Assembly (NCBI GenBank): GCA_937969345.1
Contig: CALBVK010000166.1
Coordinates: 1-41,295, forward strand
Direction: 5' to 3'
Length of the DNA stretch: 41,295 bases
From: an uncultured Acidimicrobiales bacterium
Lineage (GTDB): Bacteria; Actinomycetota; Acidimicrobiia; Acidimicrobiales; SHLQ01
In this document: piece after piece, positions 25,299-35,670 of the stretch
Position numbering within the stretch: the first letter of the stretch is position 1
Layout of the letters: each line of letters starts with the position of its first letter
Translations under genes and position numbers: made by a program
Notes under the pieces: generated by a model
Database searches by the model: none
The model's input: the letters and a program-made list of their open reading frames with translations, nothing else
Told to the model about the DNA's origin: nothing

Positions 25299-27058
25299 CC
25301 GGAGCCATGATCACCCTCGTTCGATTGCCATCTCGGAACGGGTTCTCCGGCTGGCGCATGGCGTCGCTCGCCGCCGCCATGGTCTTTATGGGCGCCGTGA
25401 TGATCTGGCGACTCGTGTCATTGCAGGTTCTCGATCCTGAGCTCTACGTCGAACACGGTGAGAGCCAGCGCATCCGGACCGCCGACCTCGCAGCACAGCG
25501 CGGATCGATCCTGGACCGTGACGGCGAGGAACTCGCAGTATCGAGTGGTCGACCAAGTATCTGGGCCGACCCGCGTCTCACTTCTCAGGCCGACCCGGCC
25601 AACATCGCTGCGCAGATCGTTTCGGTCACGGGCGGCGATCTCGATCAGCTCACCCGTCGCCTCTCCAACGAGGAAGCCAAGTTTGCCTGGATGGCGCGTC
25701 AGCTTGACGATGAGACGGCTGCGCGGGTCCTGGCGCTCGAACTACCCGGCATCTACGACATCGAAGAACAGGCCCGCCTCACCCCATCTGGTGGCAATGT
25801 TGCCCGCGGGATTCTCGGGCGCACCGACATCGACGGCAAGGGACTCAGCGGCCTCGAAGCCCAATACCACGAGGTCCTGACCGGCGAGGACGGCAAGGTC
25901 GTCGTCGAACGCGGATTGGCATCTGGCGGAAGTCGGGCGGTCACAATCCCTGACGGCAAATACGAACTCATTGCTCCAGAACCCGGCGACTCGCTCGTTT
26001 TGACGATCGACCGGACGGTGCAGTTCGAGGTGGAGAACCTGCTCGAGCAGACCGTGGCCGAATCCGGAGCGAAATCGGGAACGGTCGTTGTCTCGCGTAC
26101 GGCTACCGGCGAAATTCTCGCCATGTCAACCGTGGCGCGAACCGAGAACGGCATCATCCAGGTCTCCGGAGAAAACAAGGCCGTTACCTGGGTTGTCGAA
26201 CCGGGGTCCATCAGTAAGCCAATCGCAATCGGAGCACTGCTCGAAGAAGGCCTGATCACGCCGCAGACCACGGTCGAAGTCACGGACAAACTCGATCTGT
26301 ACGACGTGTCCTTCGAAGACTCCGTGCATACCGGTCAGAGCGTGATGACGACCGGCGATGTTCTGAAGAACTCATCGAACGTTGGTGTCGCGCTGCTGGT
26401 CGATCGCCTTGAGAGCGACCGGTTCCACGACTACCTCGTCGACTTTGGTCTCGGTTCCCCAACCGCACTGAACTTCCCGGGCGAATCAGCAGGCATCTTG
26501 CACCCGAAGGACGAATGGTCTGGCGTGTCCAAGCCCTTCGCCGCAATCGGCTACGGCTACGCTGCCACACCGTTGCAGATGCTGCGCGCGTACAACGTGT
26601 TCGCAAACGACGGTGTCCTCGTAGAGCCGCACGTCGTGATGGGAGTGCAGTCCGCTGACGGAGACTTCGACATCGCGAGTCCGCGAGATGGCCGTCGGGT
26701 CGTGTCGCAAGAGACGGCTCGACAGGTGACATCGCTGCTCGCCGGAGTTGTGGCCGAAGGCGGAACCGGTGTGCTTGCGTCGGTCCCCGGCTACCAGATC
26801 GCTGGCAAGACGGGAACCGCCCGTATCGCTCAGCCCGGTGGCGGCTACCTCGACGAGAACGGCGAGGTGCACTTGCTGACATCGTTCGCCGGCTATCTGC
26901 CAGCCGGTAACCCCGAGTTGTCGATCATCGTCATGATCGAAGAACCCGAAGGTGATGCATCCGGTGGGCGCGTTGCGGCTCCGTTGTTCGGCGAGATCTC
27001 CAACTTCGCGTTGCAGCATTTCCGTATCCCGCCAGCAGAGGCGGTGCTCGATCGATGA
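25295..27058 (+). CDS. ftsI: Division class B penicillin-binding protein FtsI
   Basis: RGSILDRDG, GLSGLE, EPGSISK (SxxK), SSN (SxN) and KTGTA motifs. Confidence 0.93.
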   Translation: MTGAMITLVRLPSRNGFSGWRMASLAAAMVFMGAVMIWRLVSLQVLDPELYVEHGESQRIRTADLAAQRGSILDRDGEELAVSSGRPSIWADPRLTSQADPANIAAQIVSVTGGDLDQLTRRLSNEEAKFAWMARQLDDETAARVLALELPGIYDIEEQARLTPSGGNVARGILGRTDIDGKGLSGLEAQYHEVLTGEDGKVVVERGLASGGSRAVTIPDGKYELIAPEPGDSLVLTIDRTVQFEVENLLEQTVAESGAKSGTVVVSRTATGEILAMSTVARTENGIIQVSGENKAVTWVVEPGSISKPIAIGALLEEGLITPQTTVEVTDKLDLYDVSFEDSVHTGQSVMTTGDVLKNSSNVGVALLVDRLESDRFHDYLVDFGLGSPTALNFPGESAGILHPKDEWSGVSKPFAAIGYGYAATPLQMLRAYNVFANDGVLVEPHVVMGVQSADGDFDIASPRDGRRVVSQETARQVTSLLAGVVAEGGTGVLASVPGYQIAGKTGTARIAQPGGGYLDENGEVHLLTSFAGYLPAGNPELSIIVMIEEPEGDASGGRVAAPLFGEISNFALQHFRIPPAEAVLDR

Positions 27059-28536
27059 TCTCCGAGATCGATTCGCTACAGGAACTCCTTGCGTCGGTGA
27101 ACACCGTTGTCCCCGGCCTGGTTTCGAGCACTGGTCAGGCCGATGTATCGGTCACTGCAATAACCCAAGACAGCCGAGCTGTCGTGCCGGGCACGCTCTT
27201 TTGCGCCGTTGCTGGTGCAACGCTCGATGGTCATGATTTCGTGGACTCCGCCATCGACGCCGGTGCTGTAGCGGTGGTCGTCGAGCGGGCGACGACCGAT
27301 CGCGTACCCGAAGTACTCACGACCGACACCCGCCGCGCGACCGGATACCTCGCCGCCGCGCAATCCGCTCAGCCGAGCAAGCATCTCGACCTCGTCGGGG
27401 TTACTGGGACGAACGGCAAGACGTCGGTCGTCTCGCTCGTAGCTCACATCGTTCGTTCGTGCGGCGACGTCGCAGCGGCTATGGGCACGCTGACCGGGGC
27501 GCTCACGACCGCAGCTGCGCCGGAGTTCCAGCGCTCGCTCCGCCAGCATTTGGTCGACGGCTGTTCTGTCGTTGCCGCGGAAATTTCGAGCCATGCGCTC
27601 GACCAACAGCGCATTGCTGGCAGTGATGTTTCCGTGGCGATCTTCACGAATCTGAGCCAGGACCATCTCGACTACCACGCGGATATGGAGGAGTACTTCG
27701 AGGCTAAAGCTCAACTCTTCACCGACGAGTTTGGCGCAGATGCGGTCATCGACATTTCCGACCCGTGGGGTGCACGGCTCGCCGAACGAATCCGCGAGCT
27801 ACGTTCAACCGGGGCGCTCCCCGCTGACCATGAGCTCGTCACCGTCGACGGCGCAGCGCTCATTGCGGACGCCCGTCTGGAGCAGCGATCGAGTGCGTTC
27901 ACCTGGCGCGGCCACGCAATCGAGCTGCCGCTCGGCGGGAGCTTCAGCGTGACGAACGCTGCCCTGGCCGCAGAAGCCGCGGTCATCTTGGGTTACGACG
28001 AGGCTGCGATCGCCGCCGCGTTACACGTTGCGGTTCCCATCCCAGGCAGGTTCGAATCCGTCGACAACGGCCAACCGTTCGCGGTGGTCGTCGACTACTC
28101 GCATACTCCAGCGAGCGTCACCGTCGCGATCGAAAGCGCCCGTGAGATTAGTGATGGGCGAGTGATCATCGTCTTCGGCGCAGCCGGCGACCGTGACCCT
28201 GGGAAGCGTCCGCTGATGGGCGCCGCCGCGACCGCCGCCGACATCGTCTATGTCACGTCGGACAACCCACGCACCGAAGACCCCGACGCCATCATCGACG
28301 ACGTCGTTGTCGGCATCGAAAACAGCAGCCATCGTCCAGCCGAGATCCACCGCATAGCCGACCGGGCCGAGGCAATCCGTTCAGCGATCACGGGGGCGGT
28401 CCCCGGCGATATTGTGGTGATTGCCGGCAAGGGCCACGAGGATTACCAAATCGTTGGAACGACGCGTAGCGACTTTGATGACCGTGAGCATGCCCGCTCC
28501 GCGCTCCTCTCGCTGGGCTGGGAGAGTGCCTCATGA
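27055..28536 (+). CDS. murE: UDP-MurNAc-L-Ala-D-Glu:meso-DAP ligase
   Basis: DSR, GTNGKTS, EISSHAL, DHLDYH, DNPR (DAP-type) and AGKGHE motifs. Confidence 0.96.
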   Translation: MISEIDSLQELLASVNTVVPGLVSSTGQADVSVTAITQDSRAVVPGTLFCAVAGATLDGHDFVDSAIDAGAVAVVVERATTDRVPEVLTTDTRRATGYLAAAQSAQPSKHLDLVGVTGTNGKTSVVSLVAHIVRSCGDVAAAMGTLTGALTTAAAPEFQRSLRQHLVDGCSVVAAEISSHALDQQRIAGSDVSVAIFTNLSQDHLDYHADMEEYFEAKAQLFTDEFGADAVIDISDPWGARLAERIRELRSTGALPADHELVTVDGAALIADARLEQRSSAFTWRGHAIELPLGGSFSVTNAALAAEAAVILGYDEAAIAAALHVAVPIPGRFESVDNGQPFAVVVDYSHTPASVTVAIESAREISDGRVIIVFGAAGDRDPGKRPLMGAAATAADIVYVTSDNPRTEDPDAIIDDVVVGIENSSHRPAEIHRIADRAEAIRSAITGAVPGDIVVIAGKGHEDYQIVGTTRSDFDDREHARSALLSLGWESAS

Positions 28537-29588
28537 TTCGTTTGCTCATTGCCGCCGCAACGTCGGTCACCTTGTCGCTGCTTGGAACCCGGTTCCTCAT
28601 CGACTTCCTGACCCGTGCAAAGGTTGGCCAGCCAATCCGTGAGGACGGGCCACAGGGTCACGCCGTCAAAGCCGGTACCCCCACTATGGGTGGCATCGCG
28701 ATCGTCTTCGGAGCGTTCGGCGGCTACATCGCCGCTGACGTCGCAAACCTGTTCGGTGTCGGTACCTCGATCGTTTTCACCCGAACCGGACTCATCGTCA
28801 TGGGGACGATCGTTGCAACCGGCATAGTCGGCTTCCTCGACGATTGGATCAAGATCTCCCGCGAGCGAAACCTTGGCCTGAACAAGAGGGCGAAGGTCAT
28901 TGGGCTGGTCACGGTGGCGGTGATGTTCGCCGTGCTGCTGATCACTCTCACGAACGTGCACACCGAGCTGTCCTTTGTTCGGTACGACTCGATCGGCCTT
29001 GACCTTGGCAAGGTGGGTTGGTCCCTCTGGGCGATCTTCTTGTTGCTCGCAACCGCGAACGCCGTGAACCTGACCGACGGACTCGATGGCTTGGCCTCGG
29101 GGGCAGCGATTCTCAACTTCGCCGGGTTTACCTTCATCGCGTTTTGGGCCTTCCGGCACCCTGACGACTACGACATTCCGCACGCGCTCGACCTTGCGGT
29201 CATCTCCGTGTCCATGCTCGGCGGTTGCGTCGGGTTCTTGTGGTGGAACGCGGCGCCAGCGCAGATCTTTATGGGAGACACCGGGTCGCTCGCGATCGGT
29301 GCTGCACTCGCTGCTCTGGCGTTGACCACCAACACGCAACTGCTCCTGCCGATCATGGGCTCGCTGTTTGTTGCCGAGACCGTCTCGGTCATTCTGCAGG
29401 TCTTTGTGTTTCGTACTCAGAACGGTCGGCGCCTGTTCCGGATGGCACCAATCCATCATCATTTCGAGTTGGTCGGCTGGCCCGAGACGCGCGTCATTAT
29501 TCGATTCTGGCTGCTCTCTGGACTGACCACCGGCGTCGGCGTTGGCATCTTCTATTGGGACTCGATCGCACAAGGGATCACCGCGTGA
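28533..29588 (+). CDS. mraY: Phospho-N-acetylmuramoyl-pentapeptide transferase
   Basis: KAGTPTMGG, NAVNLTDGLDGL, FMGDTGS and APIHHHFE motifs. Confidence 0.97.
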   Translation: MIRLLIAAATSVTLSLLGTRFLIDFLTRAKVGQPIREDGPQGHAVKAGTPTMGGIAIVFGAFGGYIAADVANLFGVGTSIVFTRTGLIVMGTIVATGIVGFLDDWIKISRERNLGLNKRAKVIGLVTVAVMFAVLLITLTNVHTELSFVRYDSIGLDLGKVGWSLWAIFLLLATANAVNLTDGLDGLASGAAILNFAGFTFIAFWAFRHPDDYDIPHALDLAVISVSMLGGCVGFLWWNAAPAQIFMGDTGSLAIGAALAALALTTNTQLLLPIMGSLFVAETVSVILQVFVFRTQNGRRLFRMAPIHHHFELVGWPETRVIIRFWLLSGLTTGVGVGIFYWDSIAQGITA

Positions 29589-30946
29589 CGGAGTCGGTCT
29601 CGGTCGGTATGCCCGTGGCTGCGGGGGAGCGCGTCGTCGTGCTCGGCCTCGGGGTTGCGAGCAAGGCTGTCACGAGGGCGCTTCGTCGCCGCAACATCGC
29701 AGTGACAGCTGTCGAGGACCGCCCAACCGCGGACACTCGGACTTTCGCCGACGAAGTGGACTGTGTGTTGCTCGAAGCGCCATCGGTCGACGAGCTTCGT
29801 GCAGCGCTCACGGAGGCGGCGGCCTTCATCCCGAGTCCAGGTGTTCCCGAGTCGCACCCAGCATTCGAGATTGGTCGAGACATCGGCATCCGCACGCTCT
29901 CCGAGTTCGACCTGGCTAGTTGGTGGGACGACCGTCCGGTAGCTGCGATCACCGGTACCGACGGCAAGACCTCGGTGACCCTGTTGACGGTCGCCATGCT
30001 CAACGCTTCGGGTGTCATGACCGCTGCGGTCGGCAACACCGACGTGCCATTCATCGAGGCGATTGACGATCCCGGCTATGACGCGTTCGTTGTAGAGGCG
30101 TCCTCGTTCCGGCTGGGGCATGCAGAACACTTCGCGCCGCAGGCTGCCGCATGGCTGAACTTCAGTCCGGATCACCTCGACGTTCACTCGACGCTCGATG
30201 GCTACGAACAGGCAAAAGCAAAGATCTGGCGTTCCTTGCCAGCCGACGGCATCGCCGTAGCCCCAACCGACGATCCAGTCGTTCGCACACACGTCCCCAC
30301 GGACCGCCGTGCGGTGCTGGTTGGGCTCACCGACAGCGACGGAGCGACCGCCTTCGTCGCCGACGGACGAATGCTCATCGACGGAATCGACATCGGCGCC
30401 GTGTCCGAGCTGCCACGAGCTTTCGATCACGACATTACGAACACCATGGTCGCCGCAGCGCTCGCGCTCGAGCTCGGAGCGACGGTGGCCGGAATCGTTG
30501 CAGCAGTGACGACCTACGAGCTGCCGCCGCATCGCATCCAACATGTCGCAACCGCAAATGGCATCTCGTTCTATAACGACTCAAAGGCCACCGTCCCCCA
30601 TGCGGTTCTGACCGCCGTGAGGTCGTTCGAATCGGTGGTGCTGATCGCCGGTGGACGCAACAAGGATCTCGACCTCAGCGAGCTTCGCACCGTAAGCGAC
30701 AGAACTCGCGCCGTCGTGGCAATGGGCGACGCTGCCGACGAGATCGCTGCTGCGTTCGACGGAGCAGCGCCGGTTGAGATCGCATCCGACATGGATGATG
30801 CCCTCGCCCGCTCCGTCGCGCTCGCCCAGGCGGGCGACACGATCTTGCTTTCACCTGGATGTACGTCGTTCGACAAATACGCCAACTACGGCGCACGCGG
30901 CGATGACTTCATTCGCGCTGTCCATGACTTCTTGGAGGAATCATGA
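29585..30946 (+). CDS. murD: UDP-MurNAc-L-Ala:D-Glu ligase
   Basis: SPGVP, ITGTDGKTS, EASSFRL, PDHLD, NDSKAT and SPGCTSFD motifs; GTG 29585 overlaps mraY stop. Confidence 0.95.
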   Translation: MTESVSVGMPVAAGERVVVLGLGVASKAVTRALRRRNIAVTAVEDRPTADTRTFADEVDCVLLEAPSVDELRAALTEAAAFIPSPGVPESHPAFEIGRDIGIRTLSEFDLASWWDDRPVAAITGTDGKTSVTLLTVAMLNASGVMTAAVGNTDVPFIEAIDDPGYDAFVVEASSFRLGHAEHFAPQAAAWLNFSPDHLDVHSTLDGYEQAKAKIWRSLPADGIAVAPTDDPVVRTHVPTDRRAVLVGLTDSDGATAFVADGRMLIDGIDIGAVSELPRAFDHDITNTMVAAALALELGATVAGIVAAVTTYELPPHRIQHVATANGISFYNDSKATVPHAVLTAVRSFESVVLIAGGRNKDLDLSELRTVSDRTRAVVAMGDAADEIAAAFDGAAPVEIASDMDDALARSVALAQAGDTILLSPGCTSFDKYANYGARGDDFIRAVHDFLEES

Positions 30947-32193
30947 CCGCTACTTCTTCACGTCGAGCCCGATCGGCCCGTCAGGCAACGCCTACCCGGC
31001 GTGCGGCCAGCTCGCGGCCCAAGAGCGCTACGCCGAGGAAGCGCACAACCGCAACGACATCGCGTCCAGCGACCGCGGCACGCACCAAGACGGCAACAAG
31101 CCGTCAGGTCGGAATCGGGTCAACGCCGTTTCTCGTTCTCCTTGCCATCGTGGTGTGTTTCTCGCTGCTCGGCCTGACCATGGTGCTTTCGGCGTCATCG
31201 GTGACGTCGCTTACCAGGGACGGTTCACCCTGGGGCGAATTCCAGTCGCAGGCCATGTGGCTCGTGCTCGGATCGATCGCCTGCGCTGTCGCAACGTTCT
31301 TTGATCACCGCCTGCTCCGACGATTCACCGTTCCGGCGCTACTCGTGTCGTTTGTGCTCCTGGCGCTTGTGCTCGTTCCCGGATTCGGCGTTTCGGTGAA
31401 CGGCGCCCAGCGATGGTTGCGCCTCGGCCCGGTGCAATTCCAGCCCTCCGAACTCGCCAAGCTCACGCTCGTACTCTTCGCCGCCGACAACCTCGCCCGG
31501 TCCAAGTCCGTCGATGTTCGGCGCTCGCTCAAGCCCATCGGGCTCGTGCTCGTTATCTATGCCGGCCTTATCCTGCTGCAGCCAAACCTCGGAACAACCA
31601 TCATCATCTTCGTGATTGGAATCTCGGCACTGTTCGCAAGCGGGGTCGACCTCAGAGCAATCCTTGCGATTGCTTCGGGTAGTGCCGCCATAGCTGCGGC
31701 TCTCGCGTACTTCGCCCCCTACCGACGTGCCCGTCTTCTGGCCTTCATGGATCCGTGGAACGACCACCTCGGCGATGGCTGGCAGACGATCCAGTCGCTG
31801 GTTTCGGTTGCCAACGGCGGGATCACGGGCGTCGGGATTGGCGAGAGTCGAGGCAAGTACGGCTTCCTGCCCGAAGCGCACAACGACTTCGTGTTCGCGG
31901 TCACCGCAGAGGAGTTTGGTCTCGTCGGCGCGGTCGTCGTGGTCATGGGCTACGTGCTGTTTGGGTTGGTCTCGCTCGTCATTGCCCGTCGCGCCGATCG
32001 GTTCGGTGCGCTGCTCGTTATCGGTGTCTCATCGTGGATTCTCGCTCAAGCCTTCATCAATATCGGCGCGGTCCTTGGGGTGCTTCCCATCACCGGCGTC
32101 CCGCTGCCATTCATGTCGGCGGGCGGCACGTCCCTCGTGACGACCATGGCCGGTGTTGGCGTAATGTTGAACGTCGCACGGAGCAACCGTTGA
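30943..32193 (+). CDS. ftsW: SEDS peptidoglycan glycosyltransferase FtsW
   Basis: FQPSELAK, QPNLGT, LPEAHNDF and PITGVPLPFMSAGGTS motifs. Confidence 0.96.
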   Translation: MTATSSRRARSARQATPTRRAASSRPKSATPRKRTTATTSRPATAARTKTATSRQVGIGSTPFLVLLAIVVCFSLLGLTMVLSASSVTSLTRDGSPWGEFQSQAMWLVLGSIACAVATFFDHRLLRRFTVPALLVSFVLLALVLVPGFGVSVNGAQRWLRLGPVQFQPSELAKLTLVLFAADNLARSKSVDVRRSLKPIGLVLVIYAGLILLQPNLGTTIIIFVIGISALFASGVDLRAILAIASGSAAIAAALAYFAPYRRARLLAFMDPWNDHLGDGWQTIQSLVSVANGGITGVGIGESRGKYGFLPEAHNDFVFAVTAEEFGLVGAVVVVMGYVLFGLVSLVIARRADRFGALLVIGVSSWILAQAFINIGAVLGVLPITGVPLPFMSAGGTSLVTTMAGVGVMLNVARSNR

Positions 32194-33311
32194 GCGACAC
32201 ACACGCACTTATCGTTGGCGGCGGAACCGCCGGACACGTCCTGCCCGGAGTGGCGATTGGTCAAGAACTCGTCCGACGGGGCCACGACCCGGCATCGATT
32301 CACTTCGTTGGCTCCGAGCGAGGCGTCGAGCGGACGATCGTGCCCGACGCCGGGTTCGATCTCACGCTGCTTCCCGGGCGTGGGATTCAGCGCAAGCTCA
32401 CGACGGACAACATCGGCGCCGTCATTGGCTTGCTGAAAGCCTTTGCAACGTCGTTTTCTCTGCTGCGAAAGCATGACCCCGACGTCGTCGTCGCCCTGGG
32501 CGGCTACGCCAGCGTCCCTGCCGGATTGTGGGCGGTGTTGCTGCGCGTGCCGGTCGTCGTCGCCGAACAGAACGCTGTTCCCGGGTTGGCCAACAAGATC
32601 ATTGGACGGTTCGCGAAGGCGAGCGCGGTGTCCTATGAAGGCACCGACCTGCCTCGTGCGGTGTGGACCGGGAACCCCGTCCGGCCCGAAATCCTCGCGG
32701 TTGGCGAGGATCGCGAACGGTCTCGATCAGCAGCGCGGGCCAGCCTCGGCCTTCCCGACGACCGCACCTTGCTCGTTGTCTTCGGAGGTTCGCTCGGCGC
32801 TCGCACGATCAACAATGCGGTCGTCGGAGCGCTCCCGCTACTCGCCGATCGTCGCGATATTGAGATCCGTCACATCATCGGTACCCGGGACTTCGCCGAC
32901 GTCACCGCACGAGCGGTGATGCCCGATAATGCAGCGCTGACGTACACCCCAATCGAATACGAGAACGATATGGCTTCGGTCTACGCGGCCGCCGATCTTG
33001 TCGTCTGTAGAGCTGGTGCGACCAGTTGCGCTGAGCTGGCCGTGACCGGAACCCCTGCCGTCCTTGTTCCACTACCCGGAGCGCCCGGGGACCACCAAAC
33101 AGCCAACGCCCGCGCCCTCGAACGCGCTGGAGGAGCTGAACTTCTTGCGGACTCGATCTTTGACGCCCAGCTCTTTGTTGACACCGTGACCCGCCTCCTC
33201 GCCACCGAGGGCATCTTGTCTACGATGCGCGCAGGGGCATCGAGCGTTGCTCGCCCAGATGCCGCAGAAGCGGTTACCGATCTTGTCGAGACCTTCGGAG
33301 AACCGTCGTGA
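32190..33311 (+). CDS. murG: Undecaprenyl-PP-MurNAc-pentapeptide GlcNAc transferase
   Basis: GGGTAGH, GGYAS, EQNAVPG, GNPVR, GGSLGA, RAGA and HQTANA motifs; TTG 32190. Confidence 0.96.
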   Translation: MSDTHALIVGGGTAGHVLPGVAIGQELVRRGHDPASIHFVGSERGVERTIVPDAGFDLTLLPGRGIQRKLTTDNIGAVIGLLKAFATSFSLLRKHDPDVVVALGGYASVPAGLWAVLLRVPVVVAEQNAVPGLANKIIGRFAKASAVSYEGTDLPRAVWTGNPVRPEILAVGEDRERSRSAARASLGLPDDRTLLVVFGGSLGARTINNAVVGALPLLADRRDIEIRHIIGTRDFADVTARAVMPDNAALTYTPIEYENDMASVYAAADLVVCRAGATSCAELAVTGTPAVLVPLPGAPGDHQTANARALERAGGAELLADSIFDAQLFVDTVTRLLATEGILSTMRAGASSVARPDAAEAVTDLVETFGEPS

Positions 33312-34720
33312 CCCAACCCAACCCGATCGACCTGTCGAACCCACAGAACGTTCATCTCGTCGCCATCGGTGGAGCCGGAATGGCTGCGATTGCCGAGGTG
33401 CTCGCAGGCATGGGGCATAACGTTCGCGGTAGCGACATGGTGGCATCGGCGTCGATCGATCGACTTCGTTCGCTCGGTATCGATGCTGTTGTTGGCCACG
33501 ACGCCGTGAATGTCCAGTCACCCGATATCGCTGCGAAGTCGACCGCCGTGCCCGATACCAACCCCGAGGTCGTCGCGATCATCGAAGCAGGGGGCCGGGT
33601 CCTTCACCGCGGCGAGTTACTTACCGCCATCGCCGCTCAGCGAAAGACCGTCGCCGTCGCTGGAACCCACGGCAAGACCACCACCACATCGATGCTCGCC
33701 GTCATAGCAATGGAGGCGGGCGTCGACCCGAGCTACATCATCGGTGGCGTCGTGCCCGACCTTGGAAGCGGTGCCCGCTGGGGGCAAGGCGACTGGTTCG
33801 TGATCGAAGCCGACGAGAGCGATGGGTCCGGCTTCGCGCTCGACCACACCATTGGCATCGTCACCAATGTCGAGCCCGACCATCTCGAGTTCTACGGATC
33901 GGAAGCCAACATGCGAGCGGCCTTTGCCGACTTCGTAGCGGCATCGGCCGTAGCGGTCGTCTGCGCCGATGATCCGGGCGCCGGCGAGCTGGCCTACGGG
34001 TCGAACGTGGTGACCTACGGCGCAACCGACACCGCGACATATCGAATGGCCGACATTGTTCGTGGCGTGGACTCGATCAGCTTCGACCTCCATCGGGCGG
34101 GCGTGCTGCTTGGAAGTCTCCGCGTTCCAATGCCTGGACTTCACAACGCGCGCAACGCCACCGCTGCGGCCGCGGCTGCACTCGAAATGGGATTGCCCTT
34201 TCGGGCCGCTCAAGCAGCGCTATCTCGATTTGGCGGCGTTGGTCGACGCTTCGATAGACGTGGCTCAGCTGGAGGCGTCGACTTCATCGACGACTACGCA
34301 CATCTCCCGACCGAGGTCGCTGCGGCGCTCGCTGCGGCTGCGGACACACAACACGACCGTGTTGTCGCCGTTTTCCAACCACACCGGTACAGCCGCACAG
34401 AGGCCGTCTGGCAGGACTTTGAGGACTGTTTCGATGACGCCGACCTACTCGTGTTAACCGACATCTATTCCTCGGGCGAGGCCCCGCGGCCTGGCATCAC
34501 GGGCGAACTCGTCGTGCAAGCGGTTGAGCGTGGCGACGGGCACCCCGAGATCATCTATCACCAAGACCGCAGCACGCTTCCGGACCGGCTCGCAGAGATC
34601 CTCCAGCCCGGCGATCTGTGCATCACGTTGGGCGCTGGCGACCTCGTCACGATCCCCGACGAAGTACAGCCTCGGCTCGACACCCCATCATCGGAAACAT
34701 CGTCATCGGAAACATCGTGA
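33308..34720 (+). CDS. murC: UDP-MurNAc:L-Ala ligase
   Basis: IGGAGM, GTHGKTTT, EADESD, DDYAHLP and FQPHRYSR motifs. Confidence 0.97.
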   Translation: MTQPNPIDLSNPQNVHLVAIGGAGMAAIAEVLAGMGHNVRGSDMVASASIDRLRSLGIDAVVGHDAVNVQSPDIAAKSTAVPDTNPEVVAIIEAGGRVLHRGELLTAIAAQRKTVAVAGTHGKTTTTSMLAVIAMEAGVDPSYIIGGVVPDLGSGARWGQGDWFVIEADESDGSGFALDHTIGIVTNVEPDHLEFYGSEANMRAAFADFVAASAVAVVCADDPGAGELAYGSNVVTYGATDTATYRMADIVRGVDSISFDLHRAGVLLGSLRVPMPGLHNARNATAAAAAALEMGLPFRAAQAALSRFGGVGRRFDRRGSAGGVDFIDDYAHLPTEVAAALAAAADTQHDRVVAVFQPHRYSRTEAVWQDFEDCFDDADLLVLTDIYSSGEAPRPGITGELVVQAVERGDGHPEIIYHQDRSTLPDRLAEILQPGDLCITLGAGDLVTIPDEVQPRLDTPSSETSSSETS

Positions 34721-35667
34721 TCGCGGACGCACTTCAACGAATCGATGGACTCCTCGTCGAGCGCAACGCGCCATCAGGACCGTTGTGTACCTACCGAGTG
34801 GGCGGTCCGCTCGGTGTCCTCGTTCGCGTCGAGAGTGTCGATGCGCTCGCCGCAGCGTTGGCCATCCTGGCCGAAACCGACGTTGCCACATTGCCGATCG
34901 GCAAAGGGTCAAACCTGTTGGTCGCGGATGCTGGTTTCGACGGCGTCGCGATCGTCCTCGGTGAGGCGTTCACCGATGTGGTAATCGAAGGCACGATCGT
35001 CAAAGCGGGCAGCGCAGCCTCATTGCCGGTCGTCGCTCGTGCGACGGTCAACGCGGGTCTCACCGGCTTTGCCTGGGCGGTCGGTGTGCCGGGCTCCATC
35101 GGCGGAGCGGTCCGGATGAACGCCGGAGGTCACGGATCCGACATGGCAGCGAACCTGGTCTCGGTGGACATCGCCAATCTGGAAACTGGTGTCGTATCGA
35201 CGAGGGGTGCAGATTCGCTCGACCTTGGCTACCGGTCGTCCTCGCTAACGCGTTCGGAGCTCGTCGTCAGTGCCACGCTGCAGCTAACCGAAGGCGACAG
35301 CGAAGCGGGAACACTCGAGCTGAAAGAGATCGTGTCGTGGCGTCGAGAACACCAACCGGGCGGGGCAAACGCGGGCTCGGTGTTCACGAACCCGCCCAAC
35401 GATTCGGCCGGCAGACTGATCGACGCTGCCGGACTCAAAGGGCTGCGAATAGGCAGTGCCGAGGTCTCGACGAAGCACGCGAATTTCATTCAGGTCGATG
35501 CCGACGGTTCGGCCAACGATGTCATGACACTGATGGGGGAAGTTGTTCGGCGTGTTGAGAAACATGCAGGTGTTCACCTGCACGCCGAGACCCGTCTCGT
35601 AGGTTTTACAAACGCGTTGGTCGAGGAAGTCCGCGGACCCGCCGACCACGCCGAGGGGAAGTCGTAA
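34717..35667 (+). CDS. murB: UDP-N-acetylenolpyruvoylglucosamine reductase
   Basis: GKGSNLL, GVPGSIGGAVRMNAG, AGSVFTNP and KHANFI motifs; GTG 34717 overlaps murC stop. Confidence 0.96.
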   Translation: MIADALQRIDGLLVERNAPSGPLCTYRVGGPLGVLVRVESVDALAAALAILAETDVATLPIGKGSNLLVADAGFDGVAIVLGEAFTDVVIEGTIVKAGSAASLPVVARATVNAGLTGFAWAVGVPGSIGGAVRMNAGGHGSDMAANLVSVDIANLETGVVSTRGADSLDLGYRSSSLTRSELVVSATLQLTEGDSEAGTLELKEIVSWRREHQPGGANAGSVFTNPPNDSAGRLIDAAGLKGLRIGSAEVSTKHANFIQVDADGSANDVMTLMGEVVRRVEKHAGVHLHAETRLVGFTNALVEEVRGPADHAEGKS

Positions 35668-35670
35668 TAC

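Noticed and set aside
29225-29584. Apparent long N-terminal extensions of MurD (also MurG 31755, MurB 34618, IMPase 14736, ORF 5725)
   Set aside because: They overlap upstream genes; coupled GTGA/TTGA starts give normal-length proteins, so these are not fusions.
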